Below, one piece after another: positions 55,689-64,000 of a stretch of DNA of 64,000 nt; within the stretch, counting starts at the first letter, position 1; every line of letters begins with the position of its first letter. The translations under genes and the position numbers were made by a program. The notes under the pieces were generated by a model. That model had not been told where the DNA came from. It searched no databases and was given only the letters and a program-made list of their open reading frames with translations. The stretch comes from Verrucomicrobiota bacterium (GTDB lineage: Bacteria; Verrucomicrobiota; Verrucomicrobiia; Chthoniobacterales; JACTMZ01): NCBI GenBank assembly GCA_027624625.1, contig JAQBWH010000006.1:357-64356 (forward strand), read 5' to 3'.

Positions 55689-56879
55689 GTGGCGGTTCCT
55701 CTGCTCGATTTGCGCCTGCAGTACGCGCAGGTGAAGGACGACGTGCAGCGCCGCATGAGCGCGCTGTGCGACAGCCAGCAGTTCATTCTCGGCGCACCCG
55801 TGGAGGAACTCGAAAGCGCGGTGCGTGACTATACCGGTTGCGGCCACGCCATTGGCGCTTCCTCCGGCACGGACGCCTTGCTCGCCCTATTCATGGCCAT
55901 GGGCATCGGACGCGGCGATGCGGTGATCACCACGCCTTATACCTTCTTTGCCACCGCCGGCTGCATCCATCGCACCGGCGCGGAGCCGGTCTTCGTCGAC
56001 ATCGACGCCGCGACCTACAACCTGGATCCGGCCAAGCTCGAGGATTGCCTGCGCAAAAAATGCCACAGCGGCCCGGACGGCCGCCCCGTCACCGCGGCGG
56101 GCAACCGCGTGCGCGCCATCATGCCCGTGCACTTGTTCGGTTGCGTCTGCGACATGGACCGCATCGGTGTCCTGGCCCGGGAATTCGATCTGCCCGTCGT
56201 CGAGGACGCCGCGCAGGCCATCGGCGCAGATTACCCGTCGAAGGCCGGCCGGACCATGCGAGCCGGCGCGATCGGCGAGGCGAGCTACTTCAGCTTCTTC
56301 CCCTCGAAGAACCTCGGTGCCTTCGGTGATGCAGGCATGGCCACCTGTCGTGACGCGGTCCTCGCCGCGCAAATCAAGCTGATGCGCAACCACGGGATGG
56401 GCGCGCAATACCATCACGAAAAAGTGGGCGGCAATTTCCGCCTTGATGCACTGCAGGCCGTCGTGCTCTCGGCCAAGTTGCCGCACCTTGACGCATGGCA
56501 CGCCGCGCGTCGCCGCAATGCGGCGCTCTACCGCGAGGAATTCGAAAAGCTCGGCCTGCTCGATCGCGTCACCTTGCCCGTCGAGCCTTACGCCATGGCG
56601 GGTGTGCCGAACCACCATATTTACCATCAATACGTGGTGCGTGTGCCGGACCGCGACAGGGTGCGGGAAAAACTTACCGCCGCCGGCATCGGTTGTGCCG
56701 TTTACTACCCGGTACCGCTTCACTTGCAGGAATGCTTCGCTTCGCTCGGTTATCGCGAGGGCGATTTTCCCGAATCCGAAAAAGCGGCCCGTGAATCTCT
56801 GGCCCTTCCCATTTATCCTGAGTTGACCAACGAACAAATCCGCGAAGTGACCGCGGTGCTGGGCTTGATTTTGGCCTGA
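55689..56879 (+). CDS. DegT/DnrJ/EryC1/StrS family sugar aminotransferase
   Basis: Start chosen at GTG (VAVPLLDL). It has LDLRLQYAQV, SGTDALLLA-like SGTDALLAL, and FFPSKNLGAFGDAG (PLP Lys). Confidence 0.85.
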   Translation: MAVPLLDLRLQYAQVKDDVQRRMSALCDSQQFILGAPVEELESAVRDYTGCGHAIGASSGTDALLALFMAMGIGRGDAVITTPYTFFATAGCIHRTGAEPVFVDIDAATYNLDPAKLEDCLRKKCHSGPDGRPVTAAGNRVRAIMPVHLFGCVCDMDRIGVLAREFDLPVVEDAAQAIGADYPSKAGRTMRAGAIGEASYFSFFPSKNLGAFGDAGMATCRDAVLAAQIKLMRNHGMGAQYHHEKVGGNFRLDALQAVVLSAKLPHLDAWHAARRRNAALYREEFEKLGLLDRVTLPVEPYAMAGVPNHHIYHQYVVRVPDRDRVREKLTAAGIGCAVYYPVPLHLQECFASLGYREGDFPESEKAARESLALPIYPELTNEQIREVTAVLGLILA

Positions 56880-56987
56880 TCAGACGCTCCCAGAAGCGGA
56901 CAGAGAAATATTTTTCATAAAATCTCTTGCCCTCGGCATTGGTTTCTATAGTCTTTGCTGTCCCGCACACTGTCGGGGTTCGCGAAG

Positions 56988-57011
56988 AAACCACGGTCGC
57001 GTGGTTTTTTT
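56988..57011 (+). terminator. Terminator-like hairpin between degT-like and rpsL
   Basis: AAACCACG-GTCG-CGTGGTTT forms an 8-bp stem. A T run follows, giving 7 consecutive T including the 3 at the end of the stem. It lies 36 nt upstream of the rpsL ATG. Confidence 0.5.
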
Positions 57012-57046
57012 GTCGCCTAAAAGCGGCGCGGAACTTCCAGAAAGCA

Positions 57047-57451
57047 ATGCCTACAATCAATCAACTTGTCCGCAAAGGACGCAGCAAAGTGACTTTGAAG
57101 TCAAAGTCGCCCGCTCTGGTCAATTGCCCGCAACGCCGCGGCGTCTGCGTGCAGGTCATGACCCGCACGCCGAAGAAACCCAACTCGGCACTGCGTAAAG
57201 TGGCCAAGGTCCGTCTGACCAACGGCCAAGAAGTCATCGCTTACATCCCCGGCGAAGGCCATAATCTGCAGGAGCACTCGATTGTTCTCGTGCGCGGCGG
57301 CCGGGTGAAGGATCTCCCGGGCGTGCGTTACCACATCGTCCGCGGATCGCTCGATACCCTCGGCGTCGATGGCCGCCGTCGCAGCCGTTCGAAATACGGT
57401 GCGAAGCGTCCCAAAGCCGGAGCCGAAGCCGCCAAGGGCGCCAAAAAATAA
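57047..57451 (+). CDS. rpsL: 30S ribosomal protein S12
   Basis: It has [12 protein letters not shown]...[12 protein letters not shown]...[13 protein letters not shown]. Confidence 0.97.
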   Translation: MPTINQLVRKGRSKVTLKSKSPALVNCPQRRGVCVQVMTRTPKKPNSALRKVAKVRLTNGQEVIAYIPGEGHNLQEHSIVLVRGGRVKDLPGVRYHIVRGSLDTLGVDGRRRSRSKYGAKRPKAGAEAAKGAKK

Positions 57452-57475
57452 AACCCCACCTGATCTTTTCCAACC

Positions 57476-57949
57476 ATGGCACGCAGACGCAGAGCAACCA
57501 AACGCACGACAATCGGTGACAGCCGTTACGGCAGTCCGATGGTCACCCGCCTGATCAACACCGTGATGCGTTGCGGCAAAAAATCGATAGCCGAGGGCAT
57601 CGTCTACACCGCGATCGAAAAATGTCACGAGGGCAGCGACGCCGTGGATCCACTCGACGTGCTGACCAAAGCGCTGGATAACGTCCGCCCGCGCCTTGAA
57701 GTCAAATCCCGCCGGGTGGGCGGAGCGACCTACCAGGTACCGATGGAAGTTCCGGCCGAGCGCCAGTATGCGCTGGCCATGCGCTGGCTCGTCACTTTCG
57801 CCTCCAAGCGCAAAGCCGTCCCGATGAAGGAGGCACTGGCCATCGAGCTCAAAGACGCAGCCGCCGGCCAAGGCAACGCGATCAAAAAACGCGACGAAAT
57901 GCATAAGATGGCCCAAGCCAACCGCGCCTTCGCCCACTTCCGCTGGTAA
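57476..57949 (+). CDS. rpsG: 30S ribosomal protein S7
   Basis: 157 aa with the MARRRRA...YQVPMEV...[10 protein letters not shown] signature. Confidence 0.97.
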   Translation: MARRRRATKRTTIGDSRYGSPMVTRLINTVMRCGKKSIAEGIVYTAIEKCHEGSDAVDPLDVLTKALDNVRPRLEVKSRRVGGATYQVPMEVPAERQYALAMRWLVTFASKRKAVPMKEALAIELKDAAAGQGNAIKKRDEMHKMAQANRAFAHFRW

Positions 57950-57972
57950 ACCGCCGCAACCCGTTCTTTCTC

Positions 57973-60144
57973 ATGCCCGCCACTGCCACCGCACCCGCCG
58001 CCACCGCGAATCCCAATTCGCCCGACCGTGCCTTCCCGCTCGAGCGGACGCGGAACATCGGCATCTGCGCGCACATCGACGCGGGCAAGACCACGCTGAC
58101 CGAGCGCATTCTTTTTTATACCGGCATGATCCACAAAATCGGCGAGGTGCATGAGGGCACCACGGTGACCGACTGGATGGAGCAGGAGCGCGAGCGTGGG
58201 ATCACCATCACTTCGGCCGCCACGACCTGCGCCTGGTTGCAGAAGGTGGAGCCGGATATTTTCAAGCTTTACGACGGCATCAACATGCGGGTCAACATCA
58301 TCGACACGCCGGGCCACGTGGATTTCACCGCCGAGGTGGAGCGTTCGCTCCGCGTGCTCGACGGAGCCATCGCCGTGTTTTGTGGGGTGGCCGGGGTGCA
58401 ACCGCAGTCTGAGACTGTCTGGCGCCAGGCGACCAAATACAACGTCCCGCGCATCGCCTTCGTCAACAAGATGGACCGTACTGGCGCGGATTTCAACGCG
58501 GCCGTCGAAAGCATGCGGGTCAAACTTGGGGCCAACGTCTGGCCCATCCTCATCCCGCTCGGCCGGGAAGATTATCTCCGCGGGCAGATCGACGTGGTCA
58601 ATCAGAAGGCCGTCCTCTATTCCGACAACGACGTGATGGGTTCGACCTACGAGGTGGCGGAGATACCGGACGACCACAAAGAGCTGGCCCAAAAAGCTTA
58701 CGACGACCTCATCACGCAGATGACCGACCTCGATGAGGAAATCGGCATGATGTTTCTCGAGGAAAAGCCGATCAGCAAACAGGACCTCAAGGCCGCCATC
58801 CGCCGCCAGACCATCGCCAACCGTTTTGTTCCGGTGGCCGGCGGCTCCGCCTTCAAAAACAAAGGGGTGCAATACCTCGTTGATTCGGTGGTCGATTACC
58901 TGCCCGGTCCGCTCGATATCCCGCCGGCCAAGGGTCAAGACCCTGATGACGCCTCACCGCTTGAAGCGGCGGCCAACGACACGGCCAATTTTTCTTCCCT
59001 CGCCTTCAAACTCTGGAGTGATCCGTTCGTGGGCAAACTGGTTTTCTTCCGCGTTTATTCGGGCAAACTTTCCAAGGGCGACACGGTTTATAACCCCCGC
59101 ACCCGCAAGCGCGAGCGCATCAGTCGCCTGATCCAAATCCAAGCGGACAAGCGCGAGGACATCGACACCTGCTACTCGGGGGACATCGCCGCGATCGTCG
59201 GCATCCGCAACATTACGACGGGAGACACCCTCTGCGACGAAGACCATCCGATTCTTCTCGAGCCGCCTTCCTTCCCCGAACCGGTCATTTCCATGGCCAT
59301 CGAGCCGAAGACCAAGGTCGACCAGGAAAAAATGGGCATCGCCTTGCAGCGACTGGCCGAAGAGGACCCGACCTTCCGCGTCTTCACCCACGAAGAAACG
59401 GGCCAGACCATCATTGCCGGCATGGGCGAACTTCACCTCGAAATCATCCGTGATCGCATGATGCGCGAGTTCAAGGTCGAAGCAAACGCAGGCAAGCCGC
59501 AGATTGCTTACAAGGAAACGATCCTTGCCCCCGCCGATGGCGAAGGGAAGCTGATCAAGCAGTCGGGCGGGCGCGGTCAATACGGCCATGTCATCGTCAA
59601 AATCGCCCCGAACGAACGCGGCAAAGGTGTCACCGTGGAGAACAAGACGGTGGGCGGCACGATCCCCAAGGAATACATCCCAGCCTGTATCAAAGGCATT
59701 GAAGAAGGCGTGCTCAACGGCATCATCGGTGGCTATCCGGTCATCGACATCCATGTCGACATCGTTGATGGCTCGTTCCACGACGTGGACTCGAACGAGA
59801 TGGCCTTCAAGCTCGCCGCCATCTTTTCGCTCAAAGATGCGATAAAAAAGGCCAAGCCCATCCTGCTCGAGCCCATCATGAAGGTGGAGAACATCACGCC
59901 CGACGAGTTCCAGGGCGACATCATGGGCGATCTCAACCGCCGCCGCGCCAAGATCCAGGGCATCGAGACCAAGGGCCATCTGAGCAGTGTCAATGCGGAT
60001 GTGCCACTGGCCGAAATGTTCGGTTACGCCACGGCCATCCGTTCCCTTTCCAAGGGCCGCTCCTCCTACTCGATGGAACCGTCCCACTTTGAACAAGTTC
60101 CGGCGCAGGTCCTTGCCGCCGTCATCGACAGCCAAAAGAAATAA
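57973..60144 (+). CDS. fusA: Elongation factor G
   Basis: 723 aa. It has G1 [17 protein letters not shown] and NKMDR. A short Ala/Pro-rich N-terminal extension is present. Confidence 0.96.
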   Translation: MPATATAPAATANPNSPDRAFPLERTRNIGICAHIDAGKTTLTERILFYTGMIHKIGEVHEGTTVTDWMEQERERGITITSAATTCAWLQKVEPDIFKLYDGINMRVNIIDTPGHVDFTAEVERSLRVLDGAIAVFCGVAGVQPQSETVWRQATKYNVPRIAFVNKMDRTGADFNAAVESMRVKLGANVWPILIPLGREDYLRGQIDVVNQKAVLYSDNDVMGSTYEVAEIPDDHKELAQKAYDDLITQMTDLDEEIGMMFLEEKPISKQDLKAAIRRQTIANRFVPVAGGSAFKNKGVQYLVDSVVDYLPGPLDIPPAKGQDPDDASPLEAAANDTANFSSLAFKLWSDPFVGKLVFFRVYSGKLSKGDTVYNPRTRKRERISRLIQIQADKREDIDTCYSGDIAAIVGIRNITTGDTLCDEDHPILLEPPSFPEPVISMAIEPKTKVDQEKMGIALQRLAEEDPTFRVFTHEETGQTIIAGMGELHLEIIRDRMMREFKVEANAGKPQIAYKETILAPADGEGKLIKQSGGRGQYGHVIVKIAPNERGKGVTVENKTVGGTIPKEYIPACIKGIEEGVLNGIIGGYPVIDIHVDIVDGSFHDVDSNEMAFKLAAIFSLKDAIKKAKPILLEPIMKVENITPDEFQGDIMGDLNRRRAKIQGIETKGHLSSVNADVPLAEMFGYATAIRSLSKGRSSYSMEPSHFEQVPAQVLAAVIDSQKK

Positions 60145-60149
60145 CGACC

Positions 60150-60458
60150 ATGGCCGCCCCGCGCATACGCATCCGTCTCAAAGCATTCGACCACACGCTG
60201 CTCGATCGTTCCGTCCTTGAAATTGTCGAGACGGCCAAACGCAGCGGTTCCGCCGTGGCCGGCCCCGTGCCGCTCCCGACCAAAATCGAGCGTTGGACGG
60301 TCAACCGCTCGCCCCACGTGGATAAAAAGTCCATGGACCAATTTGAGCGCCGCACCCACAAGCGTCTCCTCGACATTCTCGATCCCACCGCCAAAACGGT
60401 GGATGAACTCCGCCGCCTCAACCTACCAGCCGGCGTCGACATCAACATCCAAATTTAG
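60150..60458 (+). CDS. rpsJ: 30S ribosomal protein S10
   Basis: 102 aa: [11 protein letters not shown]...SPHVDKKS... Confidence 0.97.
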   Translation: MAAPRIRIRLKAFDHTLLDRSVLEIVETAKRSGSAVAGPVPLPTKIERWTVNRSPHVDKKSMDQFERRTHKRLLDILDPTAKTVDELRRLNLPAGVDINIQI

Positions 60459-60466
60459 TCGTCACC

Positions 60467-61102
60467 ATGAGCCTCGGATTACTCGGTAAAAAACTCGGCA
60501 TGACCCGCGTCTACGATGACAAAGGCGTGTCCACGCCCGTCACGGTCATTGCCGCCGCCGGGAACAAAGTCCTCCAGGTCAAGACCGCCGAATCCGACGG
60601 CTATGTCGCGGTGCAAGTCGGGTTCGACGACCAAAAGCCTTCGAGGGTGAATAAAGCGCAGACCGGTCACTTTACCAAAGCCTCGGCCACTCCGAAGCGC
60701 TTCATCCGCGAATTCCGTGATGGTGCGGCGGAAACCGGTGCCGACGTTCCGGTCAGCACCTTCGCCGTCGGTCAATTCGTCGACGTCATCGGCCAGTCCA
60801 AGGGCAAAGGTTTCCAAGGGGCGATGAAAAAGCACAATTACCACGGCCAACCGATGAGCCACGGATCCATGATGCACCGCCGCACCGGCGCGATCGGCAA
60901 CCGCTCGACCCCCGGTCGTGTTTGGAAAAACATGGGCATGCCCGGCCACATGGGCGACGAGCGGGTCACCGTGCAGAATTTGCAAGTGGTCCAAGTCCGC
61001 GAAGAAGACGGCGTTATCCTGGTCAGCGGTGCGGTCCCGGGCGCCAAGGGCACCTATGTGGTCGTCCGCCCGTCGATCAAGAAAACCGCCAAAAAGAAGT
61101 AA
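60467..61102 (+). CDS. rplC: 50S ribosomal protein L3
   Basis: 211 aa: GLLGKKLGMTRVY...GKGFQGAMKKHN... Confidence 0.97.
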   Translation: MSLGLLGKKLGMTRVYDDKGVSTPVTVIAAAGNKVLQVKTAESDGYVAVQVGFDDQKPSRVNKAQTGHFTKASATPKRFIREFRDGAAETGADVPVSTFAVGQFVDVIGQSKGKGFQGAMKKHNYHGQPMSHGSMMHRRTGAIGNRSTPGRVWKNMGMPGHMGDERVTVQNLQVVQVREEDGVILVSGAVPGAKGTYVVVRPSIKKTAKKK

Positions 61103-61105
61103 CCC

Positions 61106-61720
61106 ATGAGCGCCAAAATACTCACCGCCGACGACGCCAAGAAGGCGAACATTGTCATTATCGAAAATGGCAAAGGCACGCAGGCTGTCCATGATGTGGT
61201 CACCGCCCTGCGGGCCAACCGCCGCACCGGCTCGGCCAACACCAAAACCAAAGCCGAAGTGAATCTTTCGGGGGCCAAACCGTGGCGCCAAAAAGGCACG
61301 GGCCGCGCCCGCGCCGGCTACAAATCCTCGCCGATCTGGCGGGGCGGCGGCGTGGTCTTCGGACCCAAGCCCCGCGATTATTCGAAGAAGACACCCAAGT
61401 CGGTGCGCAAGCTTGCCCTGCGCAAAGCGCTCAGCGCCCGCATCCTGGCCGGCGACGTCCTTCTGGTTGACGCCCCGGCCATTCCGGACGGCAAAACCGC
61501 CAAATTCCTCGCTTACGTGAAGAGCAATGCGCAGGACGCCCGCAATGTCCTCCTTGTCTCCCCCGCCTTCGAGGAAACGACTTTCCGCGCCGCGCGCAAC
61601 GTGGGCAATGTCCTCCTGATCAGCGCGTCGGACGTCAATACGGAGCATTTGCTCCGCTACGACAAAATTCTCCTGACCGGCGACGCCCTCGCCAAAATTT
61701 CCGAAAGGACGGCAGCATGA
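61106..61720 (+). CDS. rplD: 50S ribosomal protein L4
   Basis: 204 aa: KPWRQKGTGRARAG...SPIWRGGGVVFGPKPRDY. Confidence 0.96.
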   Translation: MSAKILTADDAKKANIVIIENGKGTQAVHDVVTALRANRRTGSANTKTKAEVNLSGAKPWRQKGTGRARAGYKSSPIWRGGGVVFGPKPRDYSKKTPKSVRKLALRKALSARILAGDVLLVDAPAIPDGKTAKFLAYVKSNAQDARNVLLVSPAFEETTFRAARNVGNVLLISASDVNTEHLLRYDKILLTGDALAKISERTAA

Positions 61721-62001
61721 AAGAGCCTTTTGACATCATCCGCACCGTCCGCCTGACCGAGAAGTCCACTCTTCTCACCGACAAATCGAACAAATACGTC
61801 TTCGAGGTTAATCCCGCAGCGAACAAGCTCGAAATCAAGGCGGCCATCGAGAGCCTCTTCCAGAAGAAGGTGGTCTCGGTCAACACCGCCAATTACGCCG
61901 GCAAGAAGAAGCGGGAACGCCGCGCCGATTTCGGACGCCGCCCGCATTGGAAGAAGGCCATCGTCACGCTCAAAGAGGGCGAAAAACTCGACCTCGTCTA
62001 A
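61717..62001 (+). CDS. rplW: 50S ribosomal protein L23
   Basis: 94 aa: [11 protein letters not shown]...[19 protein letters not shown]. There is a 4-nt overlap with rplD. Confidence 0.95.
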   Translation: MKEPFDIIRTVRLTEKSTLLTDKSNKYVFEVNPAANKLEIKAAIESLFQKKVVSVNTANYAGKKKRERRADFGRRPHWKKAIVTLKEGEKLDLV

Positions 62002-62015
62002 ACTCACCACACGCC

Positions 62016-62864
62016 ATGGCACTCAAAACTTTCCGTCCGCTCACGCCGTCCGCGCGCTTCAAGGCTCTCCCGTCCTTCGAGGAGATCACCAAGAAAAAGC
62101 CGGAGAAGAGCCTGGTCACCACTCGCAAGCGCACCGGTGGCCGCAACAACCAAGGCCGTCTGACCTGCCGTCATATCGGCGGCGGACACAAGCGCAAGCT
62201 GCGCCTCGTCGATTTCAAGCGCCGCAAACACGGGATGATCGCCGATGTCATCGCCATCGAATACGACCCGAACCGCACGGCGCGCCTCGCCCTCCTGCAA
62301 TACGCCGATGGCGAGAAGTCCTACATCCTCGCGCCCGACGGATTGAAAGTCGGGATGAAAATTTCCTCCGGCCCCGAAGCCGCCCCCGAAGTCGGCAACT
62401 CGCTGCCTCTCGAGCGCATCCCGCCCGGCTCGGCCATCCACAATATCGAGCTCATGCCCGGCCGCGGCGGCCAGGTGGCGCGCAGCGCCGGCCAGCAGGC
62501 CGTGCTGAACAACTTCGAGGCCGGCTACGCCCTGGTCAAAATGCCTTCGGGCGAAATCCGCAAGCTTAACGGCAAATGCCACGCCACGATGGGTCAAGTC
62601 GGCAACTCCGAGCACATGAATGTGTCGAGCGGCAAAGCCGGACGTTCCCGCTGGCTCGGCATCCGTCCGACCGTGCGCGGCATGGCCATGAACCCGATCG
62701 ACCACCCGATGGGTGGCGGCAACGGCAAATCCAAGGGCGGCGGCGGACGCCAGCATCCGGTCAGCCCGTGGGGCCAGCTGAGCAAAGGGTTCAAGACCCG
62801 CAAGAAACACAAACCTTCGGACCGCTTCATTATCGAGCGCCGCAAGAGCAAGAAAAACAATTAA
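62016..62864 (+). CDS. rplB: 50S ribosomal protein L2
   Basis: Start chosen at [11 protein letters not shown]. It has [15 protein letters not shown] and [14 protein letters not shown]. Confidence 0.97.
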   Translation: MALKTFRPLTPSARFKALPSFEEITKKKPEKSLVTTRKRTGGRNNQGRLTCRHIGGGHKRKLRLVDFKRRKHGMIADVIAIEYDPNRTARLALLQYADGEKSYILAPDGLKVGMKISSGPEAAPEVGNSLPLERIPPGSAIHNIELMPGRGGQVARSAGQQAVLNNFEAGYALVKMPSGEIRKLNGKCHATMGQVGNSEHMNVSSGKAGRSRWLGIRPTVRGMAMNPIDHPMGGGNGKSKGGGGRQHPVSPWGQLSKGFKTRKKHKPSDRFIIERRKSKKNN

Positions 62865-62867
62865 GCC

Positions 62868-63146
62868 ATGAGTAGATCGCTCAAAAAAGGCCCGTTCGTC
62901 GAGGCCCACTTGCTCGAAAAAATCGACCGTATCAACGAAGGCGGCCCGAAAAAACCGATCAAAACTTGGTCGCGCCGTTCGATGATCACCCCGGATTTCG
63001 TCGGGCACACCTTTCTGGTCCACAACGGGAAAATTTTCAATTCAGTTTTCGTCACGGAGAATATGGTCGGGCACAAGCTCGGCGAGTTCTCGCCCACGCG
63101 CATCTTCAAGAAACACGGATCGCATACGGCGAAAGTGACGAAATAA
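62868..63146 (+). CDS. rpsS: 30S ribosomal protein S19
   Basis: 92 aa: [10 protein letters not shown]...[10 protein letters not shown]...[11 protein letters not shown]. Confidence 0.97.
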   Translation: MSRSLKKGPFVEAHLLEKIDRINEGGPKKPIKTWSRRSMITPDFVGHTFLVHNGKIFNSVFVTENMVGHKLGEFSPTRIFKKHGSHTAKVTK

Positions 63147-63148
63147 AC

Positions 63149-64000
63149 GTGGCCTCGTTCGGCAGGTTGGTCCTGGCCGGGTGTCTTTTGATCACCCTCG
63201 CCGGGAACAGCTCCGCACAAAGCCGCAGCTCTTTGACAGACCGAGATTCTGGGGACGCCGCAAAAGTGGCGCGCCTCAACGAGCAACTATTGCTCGCGCG
63301 GGAGTCCATCCGCAGTCTGACCGAAAGCTTGGTTCTCGCCAACAGCGAGGGCGAGGTCTTCAAGCGCCAAGCGGAGGATTTGCAGGCCAAATTCGACACG
63401 CTCGGGCCCGGTGGTGACAGCGGCGGGGAAATCGAGGAACGCCTCCTTTCCACCGTGAACGAACTCACCCGCCTGCAAAAAGAAAACGCCATCCTGTTCG
63501 AGCGCCTGCTCGCCCTTGCCGAGGGAGTGCAAATTTTCCTCAAATCCGTGGAAGCCACAGACAACGAAGAACGCACCGCTTTGGAAAAAGAAATGCAGAC
63601 CAAAGCGGCCGATGCCTCAAATTCCGCCGCGCAAGCCGAAGCAAAGGCGCTGCTCGATGCCATGACCCGGGCCCGCAGCACGCAGGCCCAAGCCCGCGCC
63701 TCCCTCGAGTTGGAACTCCGCGCCGCCGACCGCATGCTGGGTGTCGGCGCGACCGAAGACCTCGACGCGGGACCGACCCTGACCGATGCTTCCGTCGTGG
63801 AGGTCAAGTCTGAGTTTGCCCTCGTGGTGGCCAACATCGGCCGCAACGCAGGAGTGAAGGTCGGGATGCCCTTCCAAGTGTGGCGCAACAACCGCCGCGT
63901 CGGTGATGTCCGCGTCATTGATGTGCGCGACCGTATCAGCGGTGCCGTAATCCAGAATCTCGTGTCCGAAGAGGACTCGATCCAAACGGGTGACCGCCTC
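63149..64000 (+). CDS. Partial (runs off right edge) secreted coiled-coil protein, hypothetical; not ribosomal protein L22
   Basis: Hand-translated and absent from the ORF track because no stop lies in the window. GTG lies 2 nt after the rpsS stop. The sequence is VASFGRLVLAGCLLITLAGNSSAQS..LNEQLLLARESIRSLTESL..FKRQAEDLQAKFDTL..VVEVKSEFALVVANIGRNAGVKVGMPFQVWRNNRRVGDVRVIDV. There are 284 open codons with GC-rich third positions. The antisense ORF 63106..63918 is S/R/A-rich junk. Confidence 0.7.
   Translation, partial: MASFGRLVLAGCLLITLAGNSSAQSRSSLTDRDSGDAAKVARLNEQLLLARESIRSLTESLVLANSEGEVFKRQAEDLQAKFDTLGPGGDSGGEIEERLLSTVNELTRLQKENAILFERLLALAEGVQIFLKSVEATDNEERTALEKEMQTKAADASNSAAQAEAKALLDAMTRARSTQAQARASLELELRAADRMLGVGATEDLDAGPTLTDASVVEVKSEFALVVANIGRNAGVKVGMPFQVWRNNRRVGDVRVIDVRDRISGAVIQNLVSEEDSIQTGDRL

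Noticed and set aside
58954-60135. 393-aa minus-strand ORF opposite fusA. Similar cases are 60479..61648, 62004..63023 and 63106..63918.
   Set aside because: They are antisense to ribosomal or EF-G genes, or to the coiled-coil ORF. They are R/A/G/S-rich, low-complexity translations.
57973-60458. No tuf gene between fusA and rpsJ
   Set aside because: To my knowledge, direct fusA-rpsJ adjacency with tuf located elsewhere (next to secE-nusG) is a known arrangement in several phyla. It was not treated as an anomaly.

Overview
High-GC (roughly 60-65% by eye) chromosomal segment that is densely coding and mostly housekeeping. The gene content (LL-diaminopimelate aminotransferase DapL, fused SecDF, TolB-Pal, many conserved hypothetical lipoproteins) suggests a Verrucomicrobiota/PVC-like Gram-negative, but this cannot be confirmed without a database search.

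Left to right, the window contains:
- two cation antiporter-like permeases;
- a 2-kb CbiX / glyoxalase / BrnT-BrnA module bracketed by AT-rich direct repeats;
- ald, then a tmRNA gene (ssrA);
- an ABC exporter;
- a sigma-54-type promoter in front of amtB-glnK;
- a pxpC remnant plus pxpA;
- rpsU, CBS-pyrophosphatase, secDF-yajC, purC-xerC/D;
- a kinase-like protein plus lipoprotein cluster, then dapL;
- a translationally coupled heavy-metal operon (small Cys/His ORF, CusB-like, CusA-like, CPC P-type ATPase);
- a long minus-strand array (hypothetical membrane protein, midA, DUF2071, ring-cleaving dioxygenase, glyQS, lolD-like, secreted hypothetical, sod, truncated aroE-like);
- mutL;
- a 4-gene coupled operon ending in glgE;
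- a choloylglycine-hydrolase-family gene broken by an in-frame TAG;
- cysK, rlmD-like, tolB-pal, degT-like;
- the str/S10 ribosomal cluster (rpsL-rpsG-fusA-rpsJ-rplC-rplD-rplW-rplB-rpsS).

I recognised no rRNA, tRNA, CRISPR array, transposase or phage genes.

Most noteworthy observations:
- the S10 operon is followed directly after rpsS by a non-ribosomal secreted coiled-coil gene that is absent from the ORF track;
- the amber-interrupted hydrolase;
- the GNAT / NDP-sugar pyrophosphorylase / anomeric kinase / GlgE coupling;
- the RND plus P-type ATPase metal operon with repeated CPMHP...C..CGM motifs;
- the modular intergenic repeats flanking the toxin-antitoxin module;
- gene remnants of pxpC and aroE.

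I did not find an unambiguous, complete novel multi-gene system. The candidates are listed with modest interest scores. All family assignments come from reading motifs, not from searches.
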